Notes under the pieces: generated by a model | The model's input: only the letters and a program-made list of their open reading frames with translations | Databases searched by the model: none | Told to the model about the DNA's origin: nothing | Translations under genes and position numbers: made by a program | DNA from: Candidatus Poseidoniaceae archaeon | GTDB taxonomy: Archaea > Thermoplasmatota > Poseidoniia > Poseidoniales > Poseidoniaceae | Direction of reading: 5' to 3' | DNA length: 57,482 nucleotides | Assembly: GCA_049598575.1 (NCBI GenBank) | Contig: JBMYNT010000004.1 | Coordinates: forward strand, 1-57,482 | In this document: piece after piece, positions 26,979 to 36,998 of the stretch | Position numbering within the stretch: position 1 is the stretch's first letter | Layout of the letters: every line of letters starts with the position of its first letter

Positions 26979-28970
26979 ATGGTGCTAAGCAATTTGCCGG
27001 GAATTGGCGAGCGATTGATGAAACGTTTGGACGATCACTTCGGAGGTCGTCATGAGTTGATCAAGACGCTTGAATCAGGTGATATCTCTCGAATCGCTGA
27101 GGTCGAAGGCATCTCCATCAAACGTGCTCTTTCTCTTGCCCGAGAATACAACGGTGCAGAAGCAACGTTTCTCGCAACCCCTGAAGCTGAAAAACTGCAT
27201 GCTCAACTCATTGCTTCGCTTCAGAAATTTGCGTCGAATGCTGCAAGCTCGTCGAGAATGCAGATGTTGATGCCACTTCACCAACTTCAGGAACGACGTG
27301 TTCGATGTCAATTGATGTTGGATTTTGCCAACGAAGCGCCCGAAGCCTTTGCTCACCTTCGCACGCTGTTCAAAAATCTAAGTTACACACGACGTCCAAA
27401 TCAACGCTACGAACGGGTCATTGTTAGCCAACAGGAGCACCCAGAGTGGGCTTCCTACGTTCGTATCCTGACACCGAGTGCTCAGGAAACGTGGAAGGAC
27501 TACACTGTCTTCAAATCCGTGACCTGGGTTGGACGTCATGGTCCAGAGGAGTTGCCTCCGGGATGGCTGGTGCTTCCAGAATCAGGGCGAACAGATGTCA
27601 TGGTTCCGGAGTTCACACTCGATTGGTTCACCAACAACCGAAAATCCCTGAAGGTGCTTCTCGATTTGATGCAGTGGAAGAATGAAGGCAATGGGGACGT
27701 TCACCCAACACTCAAGACCATCTTTTCAGAAACGGACGGGCTTGAGCAATTGGCCAGCGTCTTCGCGATGATGAGTGATTCTGGTGACGTTGAAGCGATG
27801 GAAGAAATCCGTGACGGACTTTGGAATATGGCGAAGCAAATGGAAGAAGATCTCAACCAACGAATTTCAGCAGGAATGGAGACCGCATCACTTGACCTCA
27901 CGGGCTCCGACATGCTTGCAGCGTTGGCCGATGCTGCGACCTTCCAACGAAAACTTGCCTCGGCAACCGAAGACGTCATCACGGACATTCTTGAACAAGG
28001 TCGAAGTGAACTTTCAGCATATCTTGAAGCAAGTGGACTGCAAGCACCATTCGACCTCTACGCCTCAAATTGGCCAGTTAAACTCAATCGTTCTGTTCTT
28101 GACAAAATCAACGATGAACTTGAGCGTCGAATCAACGACAGCAGGAACGACCATCTCCTCCGTCTCGCCACAAAACTTGCAGACCTCAAACCATTGTGCG
28201 AGACCGCTATCCAAAGGCTCGTTGAGCATGATATGTGGTACAGCATTGCTTCTTGGGCTATGCATCACAACGCAGGGCTTCCAGAATTAGTTCATCACGG
28301 CATCTGGTTCGAAGACGGTCGTCACCTCTTCATCGACGGTGATGTTCAACCGGTGAATTACGGCCTCGGCCGGGCTGCACCGAAAGGAGATCAACAACCC
28401 ATTGCTCTTCTTACCGGTGCGAACAGTGGTGGTAAAACAACGCTTCTGGAATTGGTTGCCCATGTCACGATTCTTGCGCACATGGGCCTCCCTGTCCCTG
28501 CTAAGCATGCTTTTGTTGGCCGTGTTGAAGCTCTTCACGTTCTCGCAAAATCAAGCGGAACACAGAGTGCTGGTGCGCTTGAGACAACGTTGGTCGACCT
28601 TGCCAATGTTGTCAGCAACGATCAACCCAAACTCATCCTCGCAGATGAGCTTGAAGCCATCACAGAACCCGGTGCAGGCGCACGTATCATCGCAGGAATG
28701 TTGCGAGCCGCACAGCAGCAATCCGATTCGAGCATGGTGTTGGTCACGCATCTCGCGCCTGCCATCCTTGATGCGTATGGAAGCGATGATTTACGCATCG
28801 ATGGAATCGAGGCCAATGGTCTGGATGAACATCTCGAATTGATCGTTGACCGTACTCCAAAGCGGAATTGTCTTGCACGTTCAACGCCTGAATTGATTGT
28901 ACGTCGATTGGTTGAACGTTCTTCAGGTGATGCAAAAAACGTATTCAGCGACATTCTGTCGTTGTTCTGA
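26979..28970 (+). CDS. MutS-family ATPase with an N-terminal helix-hairpin-helix (archaeal MutS5/MutS2-like)
   Basis: LPGIGE and VEGIS HhH motifs; Walker A LTGANSGGKTTLL; AHMGLPVPA; LADELEAITEPG; VTHL. Confidence 0.9.
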   Translation: MVLSNLPGIGERLMKRLDDHFGGRHELIKTLESGDISRIAEVEGISIKRALSLAREYNGAEATFLATPEAEKLHAQLIASLQKFASNAASSSRMQMLMPLHQLQERRVRCQLMLDFANEAPEAFAHLRTLFKNLSYTRRPNQRYERVIVSQQEHPEWASYVRILTPSAQETWKDYTVFKSVTWVGRHGPEELPPGWLVLPESGRTDVMVPEFTLDWFTNNRKSLKVLLDLMQWKNEGNGDVHPTLKTIFSETDGLEQLASVFAMMSDSGDVEAMEEIRDGLWNMAKQMEEDLNQRISAGMETASLDLTGSDMLAALADAATFQRKLASATEDVITDILEQGRSELSAYLEASGLQAPFDLYASNWPVKLNRSVLDKINDELERRINDSRNDHLLRLATKLADLKPLCETAIQRLVEHDMWYSIASWAMHHNAGLPELVHHGIWFEDGRHLFIDGDVQPVNYGLGRAAPKGDQQPIALLTGANSGGKTTLLELVAHVTILAHMGLPVPAKHAFVGRVEALHVLAKSSGTQSAGALETTLVDLANVVSNDQPKLILADELEAITEPGAGARIIAGMLRAAQQQSDSSMVLVTHLAPAILDAYGSDDLRIDGIEANGLDEHLELIVDRTPKRNCLARSTPELIVRRLVERSSGDAKNVFSDILSLF

Positions 28971-28972
28971 AA

Positions 28973-30772
28973 CTAGCATTGGCGTCCGCCATCAGAGGAG
29001 TAATCGAGCATTGGTGCTTGGAAGAGATCGTCACAACTTCGCTCAATGAGTGGCAACGTAAGCGTGCTCTGAGACCAATCTATTGTTACTGCTCCTGAAG
29101 CAGCTGGAGAGGGTACGTAATCTTCCCCAGTCTGAGTGACTTGGAGAATGATGCCTTCTCCTTCCTGGAGAACAACATCCATCGGCATGAATTCCATCAT
29201 TGCTGTAACGGAAGAAAACGGAACAAGCACTTCCTGACCATCTCTTCCACCAGCATGGTAGCGAAGATCCATGACTGCATGGCCAAGATGCATTCCTGTT
29301 CCATCCGTCATTTCAATGAAAAGATGACCTCCAGTTAATCCTGGAGTTGCGTCAATGTGGAAGGTTGGCATTCCAATGATTCGAGTTTCTTTGTCGAACG
29401 GTCCATAACTCAATGTGACTGAACTCGTTGCTGAAACCGTTGAACCTGTCGGTGCGAGCTCGCTTCCTGTCAGAACGAGGTTCTCAACATCCATTGGAGG
29501 ATAGGTCTGTTCGAATCGCCATCCTCCTCGATTGTCTTGCATTTCTACTCCAAGCGTTGGTGCTCGGCCTTCGGCTTTGAGGTACCAATCAAACCAGTAC
29601 AGCATTTCATCGGCCCAATCCCAGCGAAGTGTGTACGGATAGGCTTCCGCTCCTCGTCCTTCTCCTTGTGAAGAATGTCCTTCAACCCGGTCAGGATAAT
29701 CGTGAGCCCATTGTCCTGCAAGCGTCTTGATTTCAATGCCAGCATCAGCAACTTGCTGGTGGACAGGGAACGACATGTGCGGGTCTACGTTCCAATCTTG
29801 CATGCCTTGAATCAGATACACGGACCCATTGTAATTCTGAAGAACACGGTCGAGGAACGATCGCTCTGTCCAATACGTGTTGCCTGCATAATCGACCATA
29901 CCTCCGCTCAAGTAAGCGGCTGGACCGTTCACGTAACCCTCAATGTAGCCCTCACAAAGTGTGTGGCTGTCTTCGGTATCACCATCGATTCCAAACGAAC
30001 CATAGACGCCGTTATGCATGATCATGCCTCGAGCCTCCATGCTACCGTTTCTCCACATCAATTCATGAACGCCGATGAGCCCTGACATAGGTACGATTGT
30101 TGCAAGATGTGGGTTTCCAAATGTTGCTGCTTGCCATGGGGTAGAACCGTCGTAGGATTTTCCTATGATCCCAACCTTGCCATTTGACCATGATTGGGTG
30201 CCGAGCCATGTGACAGCGGCATCGATACCACGTTGCTCATCGGTGCCCATCAAATCCATGCAGTGGTTTGATTCACCGGTTCCGAACACCGATACCTGAG
30301 CAACTCCGTAGCCATGAGGAACGTAATTCTCAATGAGCATTCGACCCAAACGATTCGCAGGTGTCGTGGCATCAACATCTCCGTCACTGTAATACGGCCC
30401 AATTTCGGCAATAACAGGGACTTGACATTCAGAACTCAAATTTTCTGTTGATGAATAATCGCATCCTTCGATAACCGGCAACCACAGACCGAGATGAACT
30501 TCTGCACCACCTGCAGCACCTGCTCCCCCATCAGCAAGCGTAATGCTCGGTACTGGGACAAAAACAGATTGTACTTGACCAATGTCGTATGTTCCGTTCA
30601 CAGTAACCCTAGAAAAGACGTCACTGTTGTCGTACTCGAGATTAGAGCGATCCCAAGGTTCGGGATAATATTCGCTTGAGGAATCGTCGACAATGTTCTG
30701 TAAGTCCTCTCCGAAACATCCGGTTAGAATGGACGGGAAGAGGAAAATCAACAACATCGAAATGCTTCGCAT
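28973..30772 (-). CDS. CocE/NonD (peptidase S15, Xaa-Pro dipeptidyl-peptidase-like) hydrolase; lipoprotein
   Basis: Lipobox ILTGC-FG; PVIAEIGPY; nucleophile GKSYDG; GMQDWNV; GQWAH. Confidence 0.88.
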   Translation of the reverse strand: MRSISMLLIFLFPSILTGCFGEDLQNIVDDSSSEYYPEPWDRSNLEYDNSDVFSRVTVNGTYDIGQVQSVFVPVPSITLADGGAGAAGGAEVHLGLWLPVIEGCDYSSTENLSSECQVPVIAEIGPYYSDGDVDATTPANRLGRMLIENYVPHGYGVAQVSVFGTGESNHCMDLMGTDEQRGIDAAVTWLGTQSWSNGKVGIIGKSYDGSTPWQAATFGNPHLATIVPMSGLIGVHELMWRNGSMEARGMIMHNGVYGSFGIDGDTEDSHTLCEGYIEGYVNGPAAYLSGGMVDYAGNTYWTERSFLDRVLQNYNGSVYLIQGMQDWNVDPHMSFPVHQQVADAGIEIKTLAGQWAHDYPDRVEGHSSQGEGRGAEAYPYTLRWDWADEMLYWFDWYLKAEGRAPTLGVEMQDNRGGWRFEQTYPPMDVENLVLTGSELAPTGSTVSATSSVTLSYGPFDKETRIIGMPTFHIDATPGLTGGHLFIEMTDGTGMHLGHAVMDLRYHAGGRDGQEVLVPFSSVTAMMEFMPMDVVLQEGEGIILQVTQTGEDYVPSPAASGAVTIDWSQSTLTLPLIERSCDDLFQAPMLDYSSDGGRQC

Positions 30773-30812
30773 TGTCCTTGCGTCACAAATCCGACATAAG
30801 ACGCTTTTCGCC

Positions 30813-31187
30813 TTATGCTACGTCTTCAGATTCTCGTGCTTCAAGCTCGGCACGGACTTCGTCCATATCCAAATCTTGGAGTTTGGTAATCAAATCCTTG
30901 AGCGCTTCTTCTGGGAGAGCACCGGGTTGCATGAACACACCAATTCCTTCTTTGAAGGCGATTGTTGTTGGAATGGAACGGATACCAAATGAACCTGCGA
31001 GCGCTTGCTCAACTTCTGTATCGACCTTCGCAAAAACGACATCGGGGAATTCCTCAGAAACTCGCTCGAAGACGGGGGCATAAGCACGACATGGCCCGCA
31101 CCACTCAGCCCAGAAGTCGATAATCACGAGGTTGTTCTCCTCAATGATGTTGTTGAAGGATGCCTCTTGCATTTCCACGGTCGCCAT
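30813..31187 (-). CDS. trxA: Thioredoxin
   Basis: [10 protein letters not shown]; IRSIPT. CTTATA lies 22-27 nt upstream of ATG 31187. Confidence 0.95.
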   Translation of the reverse strand: MATVEMQEASFNNIIEENNLVIIDFWAEWCGPCRAYAPVFERVSEEFPDVVFAKVDTEVEQALAGSFGIRSIPTTIAFKEGIGVFMQPGALPEEALKDLITKLQDLDMDEVRAELEARESEDVA

Positions 31188-31273
31188 AGTCAAGCCTCAC
31201 GCTCACAGTATAAGTGCCCATGCATTCCACCTAAGTCGTGAAGCGACGGATTGATGTGCTGTTAGGTCGAGCG

Positions 31274-33799
31274 ATGGGCATGAGCAGACTGATGACAATC
31301 CTGACCGCTTTTTTGTTCCTCAGTGTCCTCGTGGTCCCACAAGGTGTTTCAGATGAGACAACAAACGACGACACGTCGACACCTACCATCGTCATTTCAG
31401 AGGTCCTTGCATCCCCAAATGGGATGAAAAACAACGAGACATGTTCGAACTGTTACAACGCAACCGATTGGAACGGTGACGGTGAATACGGTAAGTTCTC
31501 AGATCAGTTTATTGAATTGCACAATCCGACCGATCAAGCCATCAACATCTCAAATTGGGTTTTGGACGACATTGCTGACGGAGGAAGTGCTCCTTGCCAG
31601 TTGGCACGCAACACCATTCTGCAGCCTGGCCAGTATGTTTCCGTCTTCATCAATGCTTCACGTATCGAGTTGGATTATTACGATGGAGATACCGTGAATC
31701 TTTACGATGTTGAAGGCACATTGGTTGACTCCTTGTCCTATCCTGCCCGAGATTCATGGTACGGCAACTCCTACATTCCACTCGACAATGGAACCATTTG
31801 GAAAGTTCGACCGCCTACACCTGGTTACGCCCAAGACGAATCGTTTGATGTAGCCCAAAACATGATTGGTTGCTTTGGTATTAGTGACGGAGGGTTTGTT
31901 GAATCCATGCTCCTGAAAGGCCGAGTCGTCACAATGAACAACGAAGCTGATGTCATCAATGAGGGTCGTGTTTTGGTTCGAGATGGTAAGATCGAGGCTG
32001 TGTGGGGTGGAGATAACATTCCACAGAACGTTGATTTGACCGATGTTCAAATTGTTGATACAAACGGTACGATTTACCCTGGATTGATCGATTCACACAA
32101 TCACATGCATTACAATCACATCCCACTGTGGGATTTCGAAGTTCATACCTCCGTTAAATCAGAGGAGGGTGGTTACTCAAACCGAAACCAGTGGAAGAAC
32201 AATCCGAATTACAAACGCGACATTTCTTGGATGAAGACGTTTGTTCAAACCGCTTCGATGTGGAACATGGCCGATCAACAAATGAAGTACGCTGAGGTCA
32301 TGGCGGTTGCTGGAGGCGTCACAGCCGTTCAAGGTTCACCATCGAGTAACACCGATGCGTGGGACAGCATGCTCTCACGCAACATCGAGTTGTACAACTT
32401 TGGTGGAGATGGAATCCACACCAAGGTGACGACGCTCGAATCCGACTACACAGGGGGCCACATCACATCTGGAAACAGCAGTGGAAGTTTGAATGCCTGG
32501 TACCTCCATCTTTCCGAAGGTGTCGATGAATCAAGCCGTGCAGAATTCGATATTCTCGTCCAAAACAACCTCTTGGTCGGCGAATTGGTGGTCGTCCATG
32601 GAACTGCACTCACATCCGCTGAGTTCCAAAAGATGGCAGAAGTCGGTGCCGACCTTGCATGGTCTCCACTCTCAAACCTCCTGCTGTACGGAGACACAAC
32701 CGATGTGGTTGCTGCTGACCAAGCAGGCGTCCGAATTTCACTTGCACCTGATTGGGGACCGAGTGGTTCCAAGAACGTTCTACACGAATTGAAGATTGCA
32801 GATATGTGGAATACGAACAATCTCGACTCTTATTTTTCGAACTACGACCTTGCGACCATGGTCACAAAAAATCCGGCGTTAGCGAATAACTGGGATGATT
32901 CAGTTGGAACCATCAATGCTGGACTCTACGCAGATCTTGTTGTCTTGGATACCTTCCATCAAGACCCCTATCGAAATCTTATCGAAGCCATCGATGCGGA
33001 TGTTCGACTGACCATCGTCAACGGACAACCCGTCTTTGGAGATGTTGACATCATGTCTGAGCTCAAGGGAGACGATTGGGAAATCGTCGAGGGACCTGGT
33101 TTTGACAAGGCGGTGGATGTTACAGATCGATCTGTTACTGAAGGAACGCAATCTTGGTCAAGCATTCTCGCAGATATGGAAATGGCCATGGCGCTCAATC
33201 CTGATGATATCGCTGCAACATGGTCATCGAGCACAGACAGTTACTCATCCATGCAAAGCAACGTTCTGAACAATATCTTCACAACTGGCGATACGCGACA
33301 CTTCGGTATCATTACACAATCCGCACATGCCAACACCCACATCGATTTGTCACAGTTGGAAGATTACTACGAAGTTCCGATGAACAACGGTGAACGGACT
33401 GGTGTGAACGTTGTTCTTGAACCTCAAGACAACACCGGAGGTTCCACCATTGACCCGGTCGATGAAACGCCAACAGGAGAGACGGGTCAAGAGAACGAAA
33501 CCACCGGTGGAACTGAAACAGGAAGAGATTCAGAATGCCCACCAAACTGCATTCTTGGCGAGGATGTTGAAGATGCTTCATCTGGAGATTCATCACTCAT
33601 CGGCCCTCAGTTACTACTCATTCTAGTTTCAGTACTATTGCTTGTAGCCGTTGGATTGTTGACAAGAGGAAACGACGAGGATGCTGACCTTGTAGCAGAC
33701 CAAACAGTCATCATCGAAAGCCAATGGGAAGATGAAACAAAACAATTTGTTCCAGAATTGCCACCACTTACGCCTCCACCTTCCTCGGAAGAAGAGTGA
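31274..33799 (+). CDS. Membrane-anchored extracellular amidohydrolase with an N-terminal lamin-tail domain
   Basis: Signal peptide; LTD 'IVISEVL...DQFIELHNPTDQAINISNWVLDD'; metal ligands DSHNH, YLHLSEG, VVHG and APDW; GLYADLVV; C-terminal TM plus a Pro/acidic tail. Confidence 0.88.
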   Translation: MGMSRLMTILTAFLFLSVLVVPQGVSDETTNDDTSTPTIVISEVLASPNGMKNNETCSNCYNATDWNGDGEYGKFSDQFIELHNPTDQAINISNWVLDDIADGGSAPCQLARNTILQPGQYVSVFINASRIELDYYDGDTVNLYDVEGTLVDSLSYPARDSWYGNSYIPLDNGTIWKVRPPTPGYAQDESFDVAQNMIGCFGISDGGFVESMLLKGRVVTMNNEADVINEGRVLVRDGKIEAVWGGDNIPQNVDLTDVQIVDTNGTIYPGLIDSHNHMHYNHIPLWDFEVHTSVKSEEGGYSNRNQWKNNPNYKRDISWMKTFVQTASMWNMADQQMKYAEVMAVAGGVTAVQGSPSSNTDAWDSMLSRNIELYNFGGDGIHTKVTTLESDYTGGHITSGNSSGSLNAWYLHLSEGVDESSRAEFDILVQNNLLVGELVVVHGTALTSAEFQKMAEVGADLAWSPLSNLLLYGDTTDVVAADQAGVRISLAPDWGPSGSKNVLHELKIADMWNTNNLDSYFSNYDLATMVTKNPALANNWDDSVGTINAGLYADLVVLDTFHQDPYRNLIEAIDADVRLTIVNGQPVFGDVDIMSELKGDDWEIVEGPGFDKAVDVTDRSVTEGTQSWSSILADMEMAMALNPDDIAATWSSSTDSYSSMQSNVLNNIFTTGDTRHFGIITQSAHANTHIDLSQLEDYYEVPMNNGERTGVNVVLEPQDNTGGSTIDPVDETPTGETGQENETTGGTETGRDSECPPNCILGEDVEDASSGDSSLIGPQLLLILVSVLLLVAVGLLTRGNDEDADLVADQTVIIESQWEDETKQFVPELPPLTPPPSSEEE

Positions 33800-35287
33800 T
33801 TATTGCAAATCCCATACTGGACCGTCTGCAGTATCCGTAACCACGACGCCAAGGGCGTTGAGTTGATCTCGGATTTCATCGGCGCGAGACCAATCCTTGT
33901 TGGCACGTGCAGTGCTACGCTCACTCAACAAGGCTTCGACTTGCTCCGCAATTTCTGCTTTACGAGGATCTTCAACCGGTTCTGCGAGAAGGACATCAGG
34001 TGATGGGAGAATACCGAGGATGTTTCCAGCGGTTTCTTCCAGCCATTCCTTCGCATAGGTTCCGATAGCACGCTTGTCTTCTTCATCGGAACCGAGTGTC
34101 ATGAAGTACTGTAGTTGCTTCGTCGCTGCGAGCACTTTCGCAACTCCTTCACGACTGTTGAAGTCATCATCCATCGCTTGTGCAAAGCCTTCAGCCAGTC
34201 GCTCCAACAAACCAAGAGATTTTGCGAGCGGGTCTGGACTTGCCATGTCAGGCTCAGGAAGTTGATGCTGGCGACCATCGGAAGACATCCGCAATGCCTT
34301 CTCGTACACTTGCAAAATGCGGTCGTGATTTCGCTGCGCGTCGTTGAGAAGTTGTTCGTTCATGTCGATTGGAGAGCGGTAATGGGCGTTGACAAGAGCA
34401 AGACGCAATACGAGTGGATCCACCTTCTGTATGATGTCACGAATGGTCCAGAAGTTGCCGAGCGATTTGCTCATCTTTTCACCATCGATGTTGACAAAAC
34501 CATTGTGCAACCAGTAGCCTGCAAGTGGTGCATGGCCTGTATGACATTCACTTTGGAAGATTTCAGCTTCGTGATGAGGGAATCGCAGGTCATGCCCTCC
34601 ACCGTGGATGTCGAACGAGGTTCCGAAGTGATCAAGACTCATTGCAGTACATTCAATGTGCCATCCAGGACGGCCTTCACCCCAAGGTGAAGACCATGTT
34701 GGTTCGTCAGGTTTTGCTTGTTTCCAAAGTGCGAAATCCTTGTGATCACGCTTTCCACTACCCGTCTTTTCAACACGGCCACCTGCACCTTGTCGTACAG
34801 CATCGATGGATTGTCCAGTCAATTGCCCATACTTTTCGGGTGCGGAATCTACTTGGAAATACACGCCATCATCGGCCACATAGGCGTGGCCTTTCTCGAT
34901 AAGATCCTCAATGATGTGGATCATTGATTCCACGTATTCTGTACATCGTGGATAATGATCGGCTCGAAGAATGTTCAATGCGTCCATGTCCTCATAGTAC
35001 GTCTCGATGTTTCGATCGACGATGGCCTTCCAATCCTCTCCTGATTCAATCGAACGTTTGATGATTTTATCATCAATATCGGTGAAATTCTGTACATAAT
35101 CAACGTCGTATCCAGATGCTTCGAGCCATCGATGAATGAGATCAAAGGCGATGTAACAGCGTGCATGCCCAAGATGACAATTGTCGTAGACCGTAACGCC
35201 ACAGACATACATCGAGACTCTTCCTGGCGATTGGGTTGTGAAATCAACCTTTTCTCGCCGGCGCGTATCGTGCACTCGTAATGGCAT
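33800..35287 (-). CDS. cysS: Cysteine--tRNA ligase
   Basis: [46 protein letters not shown] and KMSKSLGN. Confidence 0.98.
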   Translation of the reverse strand: MPLRVHDTRRREKVDFTTQSPGRVSMYVCGVTVYDNCHLGHARCYIAFDLIHRWLEASGYDVDYVQNFTDIDDKIIKRSIESGEDWKAIVDRNIETYYEDMDALNILRADHYPRCTEYVESMIHIIEDLIEKGHAYVADDGVYFQVDSAPEKYGQLTGQSIDAVRQGAGGRVEKTGSGKRDHKDFALWKQAKPDEPTWSSPWGEGRPGWHIECTAMSLDHFGTSFDIHGGGHDLRFPHHEAEIFQSECHTGHAPLAGYWLHNGFVNIDGEKMSKSLGNFWTIRDIIQKVDPLVLRLALVNAHYRSPIDMNEQLLNDAQRNHDRILQVYEKALRMSSDGRQHQLPEPDMASPDPLAKSLGLLERLAEGFAQAMDDDFNSREGVAKVLAATKQLQYFMTLGSDEEDKRAIGTYAKEWLEETAGNILGILPSPDVLLAEPVEDPRKAEIAEQVEALLSERSTARANKDWSRADEIRDQLNALGVVVTDTADGPVWDLQ

Positions 35288-35361
35288 GTGAACAACTGCA
35301 CGGTGTCATCACTCTCACTTGAAGATTGATACGTGATTACGTTGAGGATGCTCAGAAGACG

Positions 35362-36096
35362 ATGTTCGATTTGAAACGAGGAGACGGCGTCGGAATTGGT
35401 TCCTACGTGCTTCGTGACACACGATTGGTCAAATTGGCATGGATGGTTCCTTTGTGTTCCATCCTCGCTGCCGTCGGCATTCATGCCGCACTTGGAAATG
35501 CACGAGATGTTCCGTTCTTCATTTCAGAAGCAGATTACCCTGGTATTGAGCGATTCGTGTTTACGATTGGATTGTTCCTATCTGCTGTGTTGCACTTCAT
35601 GCTCACGCTTCGATTGTATACTGTTTTCAAGGATATTGCACGAAGAAAAATATTGCAAACTGCGACGATTCTTGGAATTGCAAGTTCTACACACCTTGCA
35701 GTCCTTGCATTTGCCAACATGTACGACCACCTTGCACTTCACGTCTACACTTCCTTGGTCGTTTTTCATGGAGGATTCACATGGGCAATCCTTGCTCATT
35801 TTTCCTTACCCCATCCGAACAAGACTGGAAGAACGGTACGATTGATTTCTCTTTTTACCGCATTTGTATCTCTAACAACGATGACCATCGCCATGAGTCG
35901 AGGTATCGAGGAACAACGACGAGCCTATGATATCCAGCCTGAGATGATTCCACTGGATGATCTTCAACCGTGGATCGATGTAGCAGCTCCGGCAGAATTC
36001 ATCCTGTTCTTTTCTCTGCTTGGATGCCTTGCATCGTTTTCATGGGACATCGTCAATCACGCCGACCATACCAAGGATTCGACGATCGAGGCTTGA
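35362..36096 (+). CDS. Multi-pass membrane protein, Frag1/DRAM/Sfk1-like
   Basis: About 6 TM segments; 'VPFFISEADYPGIERFVF' resembles the family's P[YF]IS...PPE..IF motif; conserved His segments; terminal 'A.AEF'. Confidence 0.68.
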   Translation: MFDLKRGDGVGIGSYVLRDTRLVKLAWMVPLCSILAAVGIHAALGNARDVPFFISEADYPGIERFVFTIGLFLSAVLHFMLTLRLYTVFKDIARRKILQTATILGIASSTHLAVLAFANMYDHLALHVYTSLVVFHGGFTWAILAHFSLPHPNKTGRTVRLISLFTAFVSLTTMTIAMSRGIEEQRRAYDIQPEMIPLDDLQPWIDVAAPAEFILFFSLLGCLASFSWDIVNHADHTKDSTIEA

Positions 36097-36981
36097 GAGA
36101 GCAACGGTCAACGGATCAATCCCGTTGGTACCAACCGTTTTCCATACGGAAACAATCATTTCACGATGTGAGAGAAGATGGCGTATCGTTCCGACAAACT
36201 CACATCCGGTGGTTTCCAAACCAGTGGCCATTTCTGGACCCCAGAGGCCTGCAAACAATCCTGTTCGTGGACGTTGCTTTAGTATTGGTGCTCCGTTTTC
36301 ATCGATGCGAACGATGCAATTGTATTCGACGGTTATTTTCTTGGTCGTCTTCGGACGTGGTAACTCATGAGGACGAGAGCGTCCATTACAAGTGTCTTCA
36401 ACTGGACATTGATCACAAATCGGATTGCGTGGCTTGCAAACAAGCGCACCCAATTCCATCATCGCTTGATTCCATTCACCTGACGCATCAATGAGGAGAT
36501 GCTTGTCGGCAAATCGTTGAACTTCCTTCATCGATGGTTCCTCCTGGTTGGATTGACGAGCCATCACTCGACGGATGTTCCCATCAACACATGCAACAGG
36601 TTCGGAATACGCAATCGAGGCCACAGCAGCGGCTGTGTATGGTCCAATACCAGGGAGTTTCAGAAGTTCTTCGTACGTCTTCGGAAGCACACCTCCATGC
36701 ACTTCGACGACTTCAATCGATAAAGCATGAAGGCGACGTGCTCTTGAGTAATATCCAGCTCCCTGCCAAAGAAGAAGTACATCATCAACACTCGATTCGG
36801 CCATTGAGGAAAGGGTTGGAAAGCGTTTCAAAAGGCGTTCATGGTATTCTATTCCACGTTCCATTTGTGTTTGTTGAAGAAGTATTTCTGATAGGAGAAT
36901 GGACCAAGGCGAAGGGTCCAATCGCCAAGGAAGTGGTCGCTTGTTGCGCTCGTACCAAGCAAGCAGTGCCTCTTGATTCAT
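36040..36981 (-). CDS. mutY: A/G-specific adenine glycosylase
   Basis: WY....R.LPWR, SEILLQQTQ, GYYSRARRL, LPGIGPYTA (HhH), VDGN and C-X6-C-X2-C-X5-C Fe-S motif; shortened C-terminal NUDIX-like domain. Confidence 0.94.
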   Translation of the reverse strand: MNQEALLAWYERNKRPLPWRLDPSPWSILLSEILLQQTQMERGIEYHERLLKRFPTLSSMAESSVDDVLLLWQGAGYYSRARRLHALSIEVVEVHGGVLPKTYEELLKLPGIGPYTAAAVASIAYSEPVACVDGNIRRVMARQSNQEEPSMKEVQRFADKHLLIDASGEWNQAMMELGALVCKPRNPICDQCPVEDTCNGRSRPHELPRPKTTKKITVEYNCIVRIDENGAPILKQRPRTGLFAGLWGPEMATGLETTGCEFVGTIRHLLSHREMIVSVWKTVGTNGIDPLTVALSSLDRRILGMVGVIDDVP

Positions 36982-36998
36982 CGGAGATCATCGCTTGA

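Noticed and set aside
34115-34690. 191-aa ORF antisense to cysS
   Set aside because: It lies fully opposite a conserved essential gene, as expected from codon-bias shadowing.
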